Shown: positions 26,221 through 36,841, numbered from the stretch's first letter. The stretch: 64,000 nucleotides of DNA from Acidobacteriota bacterium (GCA_019351995.1 JABBOD010000014.1:1457-65456), one strand, 5' to 3'. The notes: generated by a model not told the origin, from the sequence alone. Numbers and translations are program-made.

Positions 26221-27435
26221 ATGCCCCGATCCCTGCCCGAAGATCCCCTGATCCGCTCGCTCGTCATCCATGCACGCCGCGCCCAGATGACGCGACGTGG
26301 TGTGCTGGCGGGGGCGACAGCCGGTGCGAGTGCGCTGGCACTGGCCGCCTGCGCTCCGACGGGGGTGACGAAGCTGACGCCCGGAACCGACGTGTCCAGC
26401 ACCGACAAGTCCATGGTCTGGGCCAACTGGCCCGCCTATATGGATACCGTCGACGCCACCGGCGCCCACCCCACCTTGGATGCCTTCACGAAGTCGACCG
26501 GGATCAAGGTGGACTATCGCGAGGACGTGGACGACAACAACTCGTACTACGCGAAGGTCAAAGATCAGTTGGCGCTCGGCAAGGACATCGGCGCCGACAC
26601 CGTCTGCCTCACCGACTGGATGGTGAGTCGCTGGATCCGCTTCGGGTACACGCAGACTCTCGACCACTCCAAGATCCCGAACATCAAGAACCTCAACCCC
26701 AGTCTGCTCAACATCGACTACGACAAGGGGCGGCACCAGTCCCTGCCATGGCAGGGCGGCTTCGCGGGCATCTGCTGGAACAAGCAGGAGTTCCCGAACG
26801 GGTTCACCAGTGTGAGCGAGATGTTCAAGGAGCCGAAGCTGAAGGGTCGCGTCGGTGTGCTCAGCGAAATGCGCGACACGATCGGCCTGATCATGCTCGA
26901 GCAGGGAGTGGACATCGCGGGCAACTTCACGGACAGCCAGTTCCAGGCGGCGCTCGCCGTGCTCAAGCAGAACATCGATGACGGCGTGATTCGCAACGTC
27001 AAGGGGAACTCGTACCTCGATGACCTGAAGAATGGCGACACTCTCGCCGCGATCTGCTGGTCCGGCGACATCACGCTGATCAATGGAAGCAATGGCGACA
27101 AGTGGACCTTCGCCATTCCGGATGCCGGTGGCACTCTCTGGAACGACAACTTCCTGGTGCCGATTGGCGCCACGCACAAGGCAAACGCCGAGGCGATCAT
27201 GAACTGGTACTACGACCCTCAGATCGCCGCGCAGGTCGCCGCCTACGTGAACTACATCACACCGGTCGTGGGTGCCAAGGAGGCTGCGGTGGCCATCGAC
27301 CCCGCATTGGCCGACAACAACCTGATCTTCCCCGATGCGGCGACGCTGAAGAAGGCGTTTGTGTTCCGCACGCTGACTCCCGCCCAGGAGCAGTCGTACG
27401 GTTCCGCTTTCCAAAGCGTTCTCCTCGGCGCCTAG
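26221..27435 (+). CDS. polyamine (spermidine/putrescine) ABC transporter substrate-binding lipoprotein
   Basis: Tat/lipobox signal '[20 protein letters not shown]' and a PotD/PotF-like body. A GAAGGAG RBS sits 6 nt before ATG 26221. Confidence 0.85.
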   Translation: MPRSLPEDPLIRSLVIHARRAQMTRRGVLAGATAGASALALAACAPTGVTKLTPGTDVSSTDKSMVWANWPAYMDTVDATGAHPTLDAFTKSTGIKVDYREDVDDNNSYYAKVKDQLALGKDIGADTVCLTDWMVSRWIRFGYTQTLDHSKIPNIKNLNPSLLNIDYDKGRHQSLPWQGGFAGICWNKQEFPNGFTSVSEMFKEPKLKGRVGVLSEMRDTIGLIMLEQGVDIAGNFTDSQFQAALAVLKQNIDDGVIRNVKGNSYLDDLKNGDTLAAICWSGDITLINGSNGDKWTFAIPDAGGTLWNDNFLVPIGATHKANAEAIMNWYYDPQIAAQVAAYVNYITPVVGAKEAAVAIDPALADNNLIFPDAATLKKAFVFRTLTPAQEQSYGSAFQSVLLGA

Positions 27436-27455
27436 GGTCGGCCGGCGACAGCGAC

Positions 27456-28649
27456 ATGGCGGGCGCATTCGACGACTCCGGCGCCGACCTCGAACTGGTC
27501 GGCATCACCAAGCGGTTCCCGGGCTTCACCGCCATCGAGAACCTCAACCTGACGATTCCGGCCGGGTCCTTCTTCGCGTTGCTCGGCCCATCGGGCTGTG
27601 GGAAGACGACAACGCTCCGGTTGGTGGCCGGGCTGGAGACCCCGACGGCTGGCCGCATCCTGATCGGCGGCAAGGACGTCACGGACTCTCCGCCGCACCA
27701 GCGGCCCGTCAATACGGTGTTCCAGAGCTATGCGCTGTTTCCGCACATGACGGTGCTGCGCAATGTTGCTTTCGGCCTGTCTCGCCGCGGCATCCAGGAC
27801 GCTCTCGGTCGTGCGCACGAGGCGCTCCGTCTCGTCGAGCTCGACCACCTCGCCGGCCGCCGGCCGTCTCAACTCTCCGGCGGTCAGCAGCAGCGGGTGG
27901 CCCTGGCGCGGGCGATCGTCAACCGACCCGCGCTCCTGCTCCTCGATGAGCCGCTCGGTGCACTCGACCTCAAGCTGCGACGCCAGATGCAACTGGAACT
28001 GAAGACGATCCAGGATGAGGTGGGCCTGACCTTCCTGCACGTCACCCACGATCAGGAGGAAGCCATGACCATGGCGGACACGGTCGCGGTGATGAACAAG
28101 GGCCGGATCGAGCAGATGGGCGCCCCCGAGGAGCTCTACGAGTTGCCGAAAACCAGCTTCGTTGCCAACTTCCTCGGCCAATCCAACCTCTTCACCGGTC
28201 AGGTGGTCAGTTCGAGTGCCCTCTCGATCGTGGTCAGCGCGGCGGGCACCACGCTCGAGGTTCCGCGTGAGCGCGCGGAACGTCACGCGGGGACGGTGAC
28301 CATCGGCGTTCGGCCCGAGAAGCTGACGCTCCTCGTCGAGAAGCCCGCTCCGGCCGCCGGGACCAACGTGCTCGGCCCCGGCATCGTCAGCGATGTGTCG
28401 TTCAGCGGCGTCAGCACGCAGTACCTGGTCGAGGTGCCGGGCGCCGGCACGATTACGGTCTTCGCACAGAACATGGTCTTCGGTCCGGTGGTCAACCGCG
28501 GCTCCGAGGTGTGGGTCAGCTGGGCCGTCGGACACGGGTTCGGACTCGGTGACGATCAGGAGGCCGAGCTGCGTTTCACGCCTGACGACGACACCCAGTC
28601 CATCGCGACTCAACGTCGGGCGGCCCTCGAGGCCGAGTTGGAGGCGTAA
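27456..28649 (+). CDS. potA: polyamine ABC transporter ATP-binding protein
   Basis: 'GPSGCGKTT', '[14 protein letters not shown]', '[11 protein letters not shown]' and a C-terminal TOBE-like domain. The start was set at ATG 27456 (MAGAFDD). Confidence 0.9.
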   Translation: MAGAFDDSGADLELVGITKRFPGFTAIENLNLTIPAGSFFALLGPSGCGKTTTLRLVAGLETPTAGRILIGGKDVTDSPPHQRPVNTVFQSYALFPHMTVLRNVAFGLSRRGIQDALGRAHEALRLVELDHLAGRRPSQLSGGQQQRVALARAIVNRPALLLLDEPLGALDLKLRRQMQLELKTIQDEVGLTFLHVTHDQEEAMTMADTVAVMNKGRIEQMGAPEELYELPKTSFVANFLGQSNLFTGQVVSSSALSIVVSAAGTTLEVPRERAERHAGTVTIGVRPEKLTLLVEKPAPAAGTNVLGPGIVSDVSFSGVSTQYLVEVPGAGTITVFAQNMVFGPVVNRGSEVWVSWAVGHGFGLGDDQEAELRFTPDDDTQSIATQRRAALEAELEA

Positions 28650-28651
28650 GG

Positions 28652-29566
28652 GTGGCGTTCGGGTCGTTCGGCGGCGACGTGGTCGCGGTGGAACAGCCGC
28701 GCCGCTCCAGCCGCGCGGCGCTCTGGCTGTTGCTGCCCGGCGTCGTCTATCTCGCGGCCACCTACCTCGCGCCGCTCGTCTCGCTCGTGATCACGAGCTT
28801 GAAGACGCCCGACCTGGTCAACTTCGATATCGGTCGCTACCTCTACGCCTTCGACGTGCAGAACTACGTGCACGTGTTCACGCAGTACGGGGCCATCATC
28901 GCGCGTTCGTTCGGCTACTCGGCCATGGCGACCGTCTTCGCGCTGTTGATCAGCTATCCGCTCGCCTACTTCATCGGCGTCACTCTGCGGAAGTATCCGC
29001 TGTGGCAGGCGCTCGCGCTCATTCTGGTGATCGCCCCCTTCTTCATGAGCTTTCTACTGCGAACGCTCGCGTGGAAGGCGATCTTCGCGGACGAGGGACC
29101 CGTCATCCACTTCCTGCAGAGTCTCAGCATCCTGGGCCCGAATGCGCATCTGAACGGCACACCGACGATGGTGATCTTCGGGTTGACGTACAACTACATC
29201 CCGTTCATGGCGCTCCCGATCTACACCTCACTCGAGCGTCTCGACCTGCGGCTGCTGGAGGCGGGGTCGGATCTGTACGCGAATCCGATCTCGACCTTCT
29301 TCCGAGTGACGGTGCCGCTTTCGCTTCCCGGCGTTGTCTCTGGCACCCTCCTGGTGTTCATTCCGGCCACCGGCGACTACATCAACGCCAGTCCGCAGTT
29401 TCTCGGCAGCACGCAGACGGCGATGGTCGGGAACGTGATCTCGGATACCTACTTCAACCTGCTCGACTATCCGTCGTCGGCCGCGCTGTCGATCATCCTG
29501 ATGGTGCTCATCTTGATCCCGGTGTCGGTCTACCTCGCCCTCACCAAGACAGAGGACCTGCTGTGA
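28652..29566 (+). CDS. potB: polyamine ABC transporter permease
   Basis: Six-TM permease with the EAA loop 'LEAGSDLYANPISTFFRVTVPLSLPG'. Confidence 0.85.
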   Translation: MAFGSFGGDVVAVEQPRRSSRAALWLLLPGVVYLAATYLAPLVSLVITSLKTPDLVNFDIGRYLYAFDVQNYVHVFTQYGAIIARSFGYSAMATVFALLISYPLAYFIGVTLRKYPLWQALALILVIAPFFMSFLLRTLAWKAIFADEGPVIHFLQSLSILGPNAHLNGTPTMVIFGLTYNYIPFMALPIYTSLERLDLRLLEAGSDLYANPISTFFRVTVPLSLPGVVSGTLLVFIPATGDYINASPQFLGSTQTAMVGNVISDTYFNLLDYPSSAALSIILMVLILIPVSVYLALTKTEDLL

Positions 29567-29568
29567 CG

Positions 29569-30423
29569 ATGCAGGAGGCGGCTGTGCTCGGCCGGGTGGA
29601 GGAGTCCCGCTCCGCTGGGCGGCCGCGTGGCCCGCGACGCAACTGGGGCGTCGTCGTCTACTCGATCCTGATCTTGGCGATCTTGCTGATTCCGATCGTG
29701 TACACGATCGTGTTCTCGTTCAACATCCCCGCGCGCACGAACTCCACCTGGCGCGGGTTCTCCGTCGACAACTGGATCAACATCTTCGCGGACCCGCGCG
29801 TCGTGGCGGCGTTCGGCACCAGCATCCTGGTCGGCGTGACCGCGACGCTGGTCGCGGCGGCTCTCGGCACCGCGATCGCGATCGCCCTCGTGCGCTTCCG
29901 GTTCCGGTTTCGCACCGGGCTCACCGTGCTCCTCTTTCTTCCCATGGCGACCCCGGAGGTCGTCCTGGGCTCCGGCCTGGGCTCTCAACTGCTCAACCTG
30001 GGGATCGACACGGGCTTGCCGACCATCATCGTCGCGCACATCATGTTCTGCATCAGCTTCGTGGTGATCACCGTTCGTGCGCGTGTCGCGAGCCTCGACC
30101 CGGCGATCGAGGAAGCCGGCCGTGACCTGTACGCCAGTCCCGCTCAGGTCTGGTGGCGGATCACCTTCCCGATGCTGCTCCCCGGCATCGTGGCGGCCGG
30201 GCTCCTGAGCTTCGCGCTCAGTTTCGATGACTTCATCATCACGGCCTTCGTGTCCGGCAGCGCAGAGACCTTCCCGAAGTACATCTACACGGCGGCGGTT
30301 CGCGCGATCCCGGCGCAGGCCAACGTCTTCGCGTCGATCATCTTCCTCCTGGCCATCATCCTGGTGGTCGTTCAGCAGGTGAACGCGGGCGCCCGTCGGC
30401 GCCGATATGCCCGCGAGGGCTGA
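29569..30423 (+). CDS. potC: polyamine ABC transporter permease
   Basis: Permease with the EAA loop 'EEAGRDLYASPAQVWWRITFPMLLPG'. The start was set at ATG 29569. Confidence 0.85.
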   Translation: MQEAAVLGRVEESRSAGRPRGPRRNWGVVVYSILILAILLIPIVYTIVFSFNIPARTNSTWRGFSVDNWINIFADPRVVAAFGTSILVGVTATLVAAALGTAIAIALVRFRFRFRTGLTVLLFLPMATPEVVLGSGLGSQLLNLGIDTGLPTIIVAHIMFCISFVVITVRARVASLDPAIEEAGRDLYASPAQVWWRITFPMLLPGIVAAGLLSFALSFDDFIITAFVSGSAETFPKYIYTAAVRAIPAQANVFASIIFLLAIILVVVQQVNAGARRRRYAREG

Positions 30424-30431
30424 ACGGAGCG

Positions 30432-31802
30432 GTGATGTATCAGGATCGCGCCAGGCTCGCCGCGCGCTGGGATGAGGAAGTGGCAACCTTCCGCGCGGCT
30501 CGACCGGAGTCCGAGGCCGCCTGGCGCGAGGCGAGTGCCCACCTTCCTGACGGTGTGCCGATGCTCTGGATGGCGAAGTGGCCGGGGCCATGGCCGGTGT
30601 ACGTCGACAGCGCCGCCGGCGCTCATTTCCGCTGCGTCGACGGCATCGACCATGTCGACCTGTGTCTCGGAGATACCGGAGCGATGGTCGGGCATGCGCC
30701 CGCAGCATCCGTGGCCGCGATCTCAGCGCAGCTGGCGCGCGGGTCGACGTTCATGCTACCGACCCGTGACGCCGCGGTCGCTGCCGAGATCCTGGCCGAC
30801 CGGTTCGGCCTTCCGAGCTGGCAGTTCACGCTCTCGGCGACCGACGCGAACCGTCACGTGCTCCGGTACGCGCGCCAGGCGACCGGCCGGCCCAAGGTCC
30901 TGGTCATGGACTACTGCTACCACGGCACCGTCGACGAGACCTACGCCACCCTGGATGCCGATGGGCGCGTGGTGGCCCGTCGTGGCAACATCGGAGCCCC
31001 GGTCCCGCTCGACGAGACGACGGTCGTCGTGCCGTTCAACGATGTGCCGGCACTCGAGGCGGCGCTGGCGGTGGGAGATGTCGCGGCCGTGCTGATCGAG
31101 CCGGCGTTGACCAACATCGGGATCGTGCTCCCGGATGCCGGTTGGCACGAGGCGCTGCGCGCGGCCTGCGATCGCACCGGCACGATTCTGGTGATCGACG
31201 AGACGCACACCCTGTGCGCCGGCCCCGGAGGAATGACCGCGCGAGACGGGCTGAAGCCGGACATCGTGGTCGTCGGCAAGACGATCGGGGGCGGCATCCC
31301 GGCTGCGGCATGGGGGATGCGGGCAGAACTCGTCGACCGGGTGCGCGCGTCGCTCGACTGGGACGGCGAAGGTCGCGAAGACATCGACGTCGGGGGAGTC
31401 GGCGGGACGCTCGCGGGGAACGCGGTGTCCATGGCTGGAATCCGCGCGACGCTTTCAGAAGTGCTGACCCCGGAGGTGTACCCCGGGATGATCGCACGGG
31501 CGAGCGAGTGGACAGCTGGGGTACAGGCGGCGATCGACGAGTTCGACGTGCCGTGGCAGGTGACTCAGCTCGGCGCACGCGCCGAGTACAGCTTCCGCGA
31601 GACCGCACCTCGCGACGGCAGAGCAGCCGCGGATGCCGATGATTTCAGGCTTCAGCAGTACTTGCACCTGCACGCGCTCAATCGTGGCATCCTGATCACG
31701 CCCTTCCACAACATGGCACTGATGTCGCCCGCGACCAGTTCCGCGGATGTCGCGCGGCACACCGTGGCCTTTCGTCAGGCCGTGGAGTCACTTTTCGGGT
31801 GA
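30432..31802 (+). CDS. class-III aminotransferase (glutamate-1-semialdehyde aminomutase-like)
   Basis: 'LVIDETHT' and the PLP-lysine context 'VVGKTIGGGIP'. It starts 9 nt after the potC stop, so it is probably co-transcribed with the transporter. Confidence 0.85.
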   Translation: MMYQDRARLAARWDEEVATFRAARPESEAAWREASAHLPDGVPMLWMAKWPGPWPVYVDSAAGAHFRCVDGIDHVDLCLGDTGAMVGHAPAASVAAISAQLARGSTFMLPTRDAAVAAEILADRFGLPSWQFTLSATDANRHVLRYARQATGRPKVLVMDYCYHGTVDETYATLDADGRVVARRGNIGAPVPLDETTVVVPFNDVPALEAALAVGDVAAVLIEPALTNIGIVLPDAGWHEALRAACDRTGTILVIDETHTLCAGPGGMTARDGLKPDIVVVGKTIGGGIPAAAWGMRAELVDRVRASLDWDGEGREDIDVGGVGGTLAGNAVSMAGIRATLSEVLTPEVYPGMIARASEWTAGVQAAIDEFDVPWQVTQLGARAEYSFRETAPRDGRAAADADDFRLQQYLHLHALNRGILITPFHNMALMSPATSSADVARHTVAFRQAVESLFG

Positions 31803-31908
31803 CAGCCGAACGGGGGACAGCCAACGCGAACTGTGTACCCCGTCAGTGGGCTTTTGTACCCCCAAGCCGGTACTCGACAGATCGGTCCACCCCGCGCATG
31901 ATCGGGCT

Positions 31909-32163
31909 ATGGGAACGCTCGTGGCTGATCAAGGAATCATGACACTCGTCGCGGTGGCGGTCATCGCCGTCTGCGTGAGCCTCGCACTCTTCGTGCTGTA
32001 CACCGTGATCTGGCACGCGGTGCGTCGGGGGCTCCGCGAGTTCACCCATCCGAGCGCCGTCTCCCCGTTCCAGTCGTTCCTTCATGCGCCACTGCACGCG
32101 CCGCGACTGACGCGCCGCGGCGATACCAGGGTTCCCGACTATCCGCCGAGCGACTGGGTCTAA
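31909..32163 (+). CDS. small hypothetical membrane protein
   Basis: One clear TM helix ('IMTLVAVAVIAVCVSLALFVLYTVIW') and no recognisable family. Its 3' end overlaps the convergent gabT by 4 nt. Confidence 0.3.
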   Translation: MGTLVADQGIMTLVAVAVIAVCVSLALFVLYTVIWHAVRRGLREFTHPSAVSPFQSFLHAPLHAPRLTRRGDTRVPDYPPSDWV

Positions 32164-33524
32164 GCCGTCTTCTCGCCCGCGAGACTGGCGAACGCGTCGT
32201 CAAGCACCGACATCGCGTCCACCAATTGTGCGTCGGTGATCGCGAGGCTCGGCAGGAAGCGCAGCACGTTGCCGTAGGTACCCGCGGTGAGAATCAGCAC
32301 GCCGTGCTGCGCGGCGAAGGCGGTGAGTTTACCGGGAAGATCCCCCAGCGGCGCTCCGGTTTCGGGGTCATTCAGCTCGACCGCGATCATCGCGCCGATC
32401 CCACGGACCTCGGCGATGATCGGGTATTTCGCCTGGAGGGCCACCAGCGAAGCTTTCAGCACTCCCTCGATCCGGTGGGCCTCCGCGAGGAGTCCGTCCT
32501 TCTCGATCCGGTCGAAGACGGCGATCGCGGCGGCACACGCCACCGGGTTGCCCCCGAAGGTGCCGCCGAGGCCACCGGGCTGTGAGGCATCCATGATCTC
32601 GGCGCGTCCCGTGACACCGGCGAGGGGCAGACCACCCGCGATTCCCTTGGCACTCAGAACGAGATCGGGCACGAGGCCGAAGTGCTCGCTGGCGAAGTAG
32701 CGGCCGGTTCGCGCCATCCCGCTCTGGATCTCATCGGCGATGAACACGATGCCGTTGGCGGTGCACCACTCCTGAAGCACCGGAAGGTAGCCATCGGCGG
32801 GGACGACGAACCCGCCCTCGCCCTGGATCGGCTCGACGACGAGACAGGCCAGATCGGATGCCCCCACCGTCTTCTCGAGGTAGTCGATGGTGCGCGCGGC
32901 GGCCTGAGCCCCCGTGAGACCGTCGTGCAGCGGGTAGGAGTTCGGCGCGCGGTACACGTCACCCGCGAACGGCCCGTAGCCGAGCGAATACGGCATCGCT
33001 TTGAAGTTCATGGCCATCGTGAGGTTGGTGCGGCCGTGATACGCGTGCTCGAGCACGGCAACGCCCCCCCGTCCGGTGTACTTGCGCGCGATCTTGACGC
33101 CGTTCTCCACGGCCTCCGCGCCCGAGTTCACCAGAACGGTCTTCTTGGCGAAGTCGCCGGGGGTGTGCGCGGCCAGCAGTTCGGCGACGCGCACGTACTC
33201 CTCGTACGGCGTGATGGTGAAGAGGGTGTGTACGACCTCGCCGAGCTGCTGCTGGGCGGCGGCCACCACGTGATTGTCGGTGTGGCCGATCGTGGTGACG
33301 CCGATTCCGGCGCCCAGGTCGATGAACGCGTTGTCGTCGACATCGACCAGGATCGCGCCGTGCGCTCGGGCGATGAACACCGGGAGGGCGCTCGAGACAC
33401 CGGCACTGACGGCTGCCTGGCGCCGGGCCTGCAGCGCGACCGACTTCGGTCCGGGGATCGCCGTGACGACCCGGCGTTCGGTGGGAACCGGGGCTAGCGT
33501 GGTGTCGAGCAAGAGGTCCGTCAT
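32160..33524 (-). CDS. gabT: 4-aminobutyrate--2-oxoglutarate transaminase (paralogue 1)
   Basis: 'VNSGAEAVENGVKIARKYTGR', 'EPIQGEGGF', 'ADEIQSGMARTG' and PLP-lysine 'SAKGIAGGLP'. Confidence 0.9.
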   Translation of the reverse strand: MTDLLLDTTLAPVPTERRVVTAIPGPKSVALQARRQAAVSAGVSSALPVFIARAHGAILVDVDDNAFIDLGAGIGVTTIGHTDNHVVAAAQQQLGEVVHTLFTITPYEEYVRVAELLAAHTPGDFAKKTVLVNSGAEAVENGVKIARKYTGRGGVAVLEHAYHGRTNLTMAMNFKAMPYSLGYGPFAGDVYRAPNSYPLHDGLTGAQAAARTIDYLEKTVGASDLACLVVEPIQGEGGFVVPADGYLPVLQEWCTANGIVFIADEIQSGMARTGRYFASEHFGLVPDLVLSAKGIAGGLPLAGVTGRAEIMDASQPGGLGGTFGGNPVACAAAIAVFDRIEKDGLLAEAHRIEGVLKASLVALQAKYPIIAEVRGIGAMIAVELNDPETGAPLGDLPGKLTAFAAQHGVLILTAGTYGNVLRFLPSLAITDAQLVDAMSVLDDAFASLAGEKTA

Positions 33525-33562
33525 GATACGAGTCTAATCGGCCCTCCAAAGAAGGGAATCAG

Positions 33563-34054
33563 TTGAACCTCGACCATTCCTTCACTGTTTCCGTCGAATG
33601 GCGGGGCAATCTCGGAACCGGCACCTCAAGCTACAAGGCGTTCTCGCGCGACCACGTCGTGCGCGTCGACGGGATGCACGGCAAGCACGAGATCGAGGGG
33701 TCGGCTGCCCGTGCGTTCCACGGCGACGCCGAGCGCTGGAACCCCGAAGAGCAGCTGATCGCGGCCCTCGCCCAGTGCCACATGCTCAGCTATCTGCACG
33801 TCGCGACGCAATCGGGCGTCGTCGTCGAGTCATACACCGATTTCGCGACCGGCACACTCCACGTCCAAGCCGACGGCAGTGGCGCCCTGGTCGAGGTGGC
33901 GCTCCACCCCGTCGTCACCATCTCCGCGGGGGATGCGGCCACCGCCCAGTCGCTGCACGCCGAGGCGCACCGCGTGTGCTTCATCGCGAACTCGGTGAAC
34001 TTCCCGGTGCGTCACGAGCCGCAGGTGCTGGTGGTCGACGACGAACTCAGCTGA
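33563..34054 (+). CDS. OsmC family peroxiredoxin-like protein
   Basis: Size is ~160 aa, with the 'EEQLIAALAQCHMLSYL' and 'AHRVCFIANS' two-Cys pattern of OsmC/Ohr. TTG start. Confidence 0.78.
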   Translation: MNLDHSFTVSVEWRGNLGTGTSSYKAFSRDHVVRVDGMHGKHEIEGSAARAFHGDAERWNPEEQLIAALAQCHMLSYLHVATQSGVVVESYTDFATGTLHVQADGSGALVEVALHPVVTISAGDAATAQSLHAEAHRVCFIANSVNFPVRHEPQVLVVDDELS

Positions 34055-34257
34055 TTCCGCCGGGAGCGAATCGGGCCGCGTTCCCGGTCCTGCGACTCGG
34101 CTCCGCGAGTACCTTGTGTCCATGCTCAGGCACGTCATCGTCGCTGCACTGCGCCGCGTCCGGTTTGACACCCGCTGCACGCTGCGGGAGGCCGGCATTC
34201 AGGAGTCGGCGAAGATCGGGTTGGCGGTCGCGTGACCACCGTCTGCCGAACCGCTGA

Positions 34258-35427
34258 ATGAGTGAGCATCCGCAGGCCGCCGACGGCAGGCGGGTCAGCA
34301 ACTTCGAGTTGCTGTTCGACCTCGTCTTCGTGTTCGCCTTCACCCAGGTCACCGGGGTGATGCTCGCCGGACACTCGGCGGCCTCGGTGCTGCAGGCGCT
34401 CGTCGCGCTCGCCCTGGTCTGGGGTTCGTGGACCTCATACGCCTGGCTCGCGAACCATCTGCGCAGCGACGGTGGGGTGCTGCGCGGCGGCCTGACGGTC
34501 GCCATGATCCTCATGTTCGTGCTGGCGCTGGCGATTCCGGGAGCGTTCCACCCGGTGGGCGGAGATCCCACCTCGGCGATCGTGCTGGTCGTGTGCTTCG
34601 TGCTGGTACGACTCGTGCACAACGTGATCTACGTGCTCCGGGTCGGAGACGACAGGGCTTTGCGCAGGCAAGTGCTGATCACGAACGGGATCTCGATCCC
34701 GGTGACGCTGGCGATCCTGCTCCTCGGGGCGCTCCTCGGCGGCGAATGGCAGCCGTGGATCTGGCTCGCCGCCGCGATCACCGATGCGGCGATCGTCGCC
34801 GTGACCTCGATCGGCGGCGCGTGGCGCGTCCACTCCCCGGCGCACTGGGCCGAGCGGTTCGGGCTCGTGGTGATGCTCGCGCTGGGCGAGTCGGTCGTGT
34901 CGATCGGGGTGGGTGTCGCCTCCGAACCGCTCCACGCACAGGTGATCGTCGGTGCGGTGCTGTCGGTGGCGGGCGCGATCACGCTCTGGTGGCTCTATTT
35001 CCACCGCATCTTCGCCGGCGCGGAGCACGCCCTGGCAGCTCGCGGCGGGGTCGAGCGGGCCGACGATGCGACGGTGGGCTACACCTACCTGCACTTCGCG
35101 GTCGTCGCGGGGATCATCCTGACGGCGACCGGCATCGAGACCACGATGCACAAGATCAGCTCGTTCGAACCGCTCGGATGGTTCGGTGCCGCGGCACTCG
35201 TCGGCGGCGTTTCGCTCTACCAGGCGTCGACGGTCTTCTTCTGGCGGCGGATGACGCGCACCTGGCTGGTCGTGCGCCTCGCGGTGTCGACCGCGCTCCT
35301 GCCCGGCATCGTCGTCGCCGCACTCATCCCTCCGCTTGCGGCGCTGGGAATCGCCGTGCTTCTCGGCGTCACACTCAACCTGGTGGAGCGCCGGGTCTGG
35401 CCGCGCCGGGACGTCGAACCCGCCTAG
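34258..35427 (+). CDS. low temperature requirement protein A (LtrA) family membrane protein
   Basis: The 'SNFELLFDLVFVFAFTQV' N-terminal hallmark and ~10 TM helices. Confidence 0.8.
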   Translation: MSEHPQAADGRRVSNFELLFDLVFVFAFTQVTGVMLAGHSAASVLQALVALALVWGSWTSYAWLANHLRSDGGVLRGGLTVAMILMFVLALAIPGAFHPVGGDPTSAIVLVVCFVLVRLVHNVIYVLRVGDDRALRRQVLITNGISIPVTLAILLLGALLGGEWQPWIWLAAAITDAAIVAVTSIGGAWRVHSPAHWAERFGLVVMLALGESVVSIGVGVASEPLHAQVIVGAVLSVAGAITLWWLYFHRIFAGAEHALAARGGVERADDATVGYTYLHFAVVAGIILTATGIETTMHKISSFEPLGWFGAAALVGGVSLYQASTVFFWRRMTRTWLVVRLAVSTALLPGIVVAALIPPLAALGIAVLLGVTLNLVERRVWPRRDVEPA

Positions 35428-36746
35428 AGCGTCGCCAGCGCCTCTTCGATGACGGTCGCGGCGTCGTCGATGAGCTCCTCGCTGATGACGACGCTCGGCA
35501 TGATGCGCAGCACCGAGTCCCAGCTTCCGGCGTCGAGCGCGATGACCCCGTGGGTCGTGGCGTGCTTCAGCACCGCGGTGAGCGCCTCGGGATACGGGTC
35601 CTTCGTGCCAGGATGCACCAGCTCGACGCCGAACATGGCGCCCTTGCCGCGCACCTCGCCGACGACCGGGAACGTCTCGGTCCAGCCACCGATTCTGGCC
35701 ACGAGTGCGCGCTCCACGCGCTGCGCCTCGGCGAGAAGTCCGTCGCGCTCGATCAGCTCGAACACCGCAAGGGCCGCCGCGGTGGAAACGGGATTGCCTC
35801 CGAAGGTGCCACCGATGCCGCCCGGCTGAACGGCATCCATGATCTCGGCCTTGCCGGTGACGGCCGCGAGTGGCATACCGCCGGCGATGCCCTTGGCGCT
35901 CGTGATGAGGTCCGGGACGACGCCGTGGTGCTCGATGGCGAACCAGGTCCCGGTGCGGCCCATGCCGGACTGGATCTCGTCGGCGACGAAGACGATGCCG
36001 TTCTGTTCGCAGAAGGTCTTGATGGCCTGGAAGTAGCCCGGCGCCGGGATGACGATACCCCCGTCGCCCTGGATCGGCTCGACGAAGAAGGCCGCGACCT
36101 CCGATGCGCCGATGTGGGTGGTGATGTAGTCGATCGTCTTGGCGGCCGCCTCCTCGCCGGACAGGCCGTCACGGTACGGATAGCTGACCGGCACCGAGAA
36201 CAGGTCGCCGGGGAACGGGCCCATGCCCGCGCGTTCCGGCCACGGGCGGTACGTCATCGCCATGGTGAGGTTCGTGCGTCCGTGAAAGGCGTGGTCGAGG
36301 CTGAGAATCACGCGCCGGCCCGTGTACTTGCGGGCGATCTTGACCGCGTTCTCGACCGCTTCCGCGCCCGAGTTGACGAGGATCGAGTGCTTCTCGAAGT
36401 CGCCGGGTGTGATCTGGGCGAGCTTCTCGGCAACCCGCACGTAGTTCTCGTACGGGGTGACCGTGAACAAGGTGTGGGTGAGTTTGGCGACCTGTTCGGT
36501 GACCGCTGCCACGACATCCGGATGTGCGTGGCCGATGGTCGTGACGCCGATGCCGCACCCCAGATCGATGAGCTGGTTGCCGTCGACATCGACCAGGATC
36601 GCGCCAGCACCGTGATCCATGTAGATGTTGGCGAGCGTTCCGGCACCGCGCGAGACGCTGTGCACGCGCCGTTCCTGCAGGGCGACGGATTTCGGTCCGG
36701 GAAGTTCTGTCACGAGCTTGCGCTCCTGCGGCACGCTGAAGGTCAT
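35424..36746 (-). CDS. gabT: 4-aminobutyrate--2-oxoglutarate transaminase (paralogue 2)
   Basis: Same motifs as paralogue 1 ('VNSGAEAVENAVKIARKYTGR', 'EPIQGDGG', 'ADEIQSGMGRTG', 'SAKGIAGGMP'). By eye it is roughly 60% identical to 32160-33524. Confidence 0.9.
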   Translation of the reverse strand: MTFSVPQERKLVTELPGPKSVALQERRVHSVSRGAGTLANIYMDHGAGAILVDVDGNQLIDLGCGIGVTTIGHAHPDVVAAVTEQVAKLTHTLFTVTPYENYVRVAEKLAQITPGDFEKHSILVNSGAEAVENAVKIARKYTGRRVILSLDHAFHGRTNLTMAMTYRPWPERAGMGPFPGDLFSVPVSYPYRDGLSGEEAAAKTIDYITTHIGASEVAAFFVEPIQGDGGIVIPAPGYFQAIKTFCEQNGIVFVADEIQSGMGRTGTWFAIEHHGVVPDLITSAKGIAGGMPLAAVTGKAEIMDAVQPGGIGGTFGGNPVSTAAALAVFELIERDGLLAEAQRVERALVARIGGWTETFPVVGEVRGKGAMFGVELVHPGTKDPYPEALTAVLKHATTHGVIALDAGSWDSVLRIMPSVVISEELIDDAATVIEEALATL

Positions 36747-36841
36747 GCGGCCAGCCTACGTGCGGCCACGCCGCACACCCGTTGCCAAGGTGAAGTGGGA
36801 GAAGATGGAATCGACACCCCCCCGCCTTCGAGGAGTTCGCC

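Noticed and set aside
34122-34235. Possible 37-codon mini-ORF (MLRHVIVAALRRV...) in the 203-bp gap upstream of ltrA.
   Set aside because: There is no convincing RBS and no recognisable family, and the length is within chance expectation for this composition. It is not reported as a feature.
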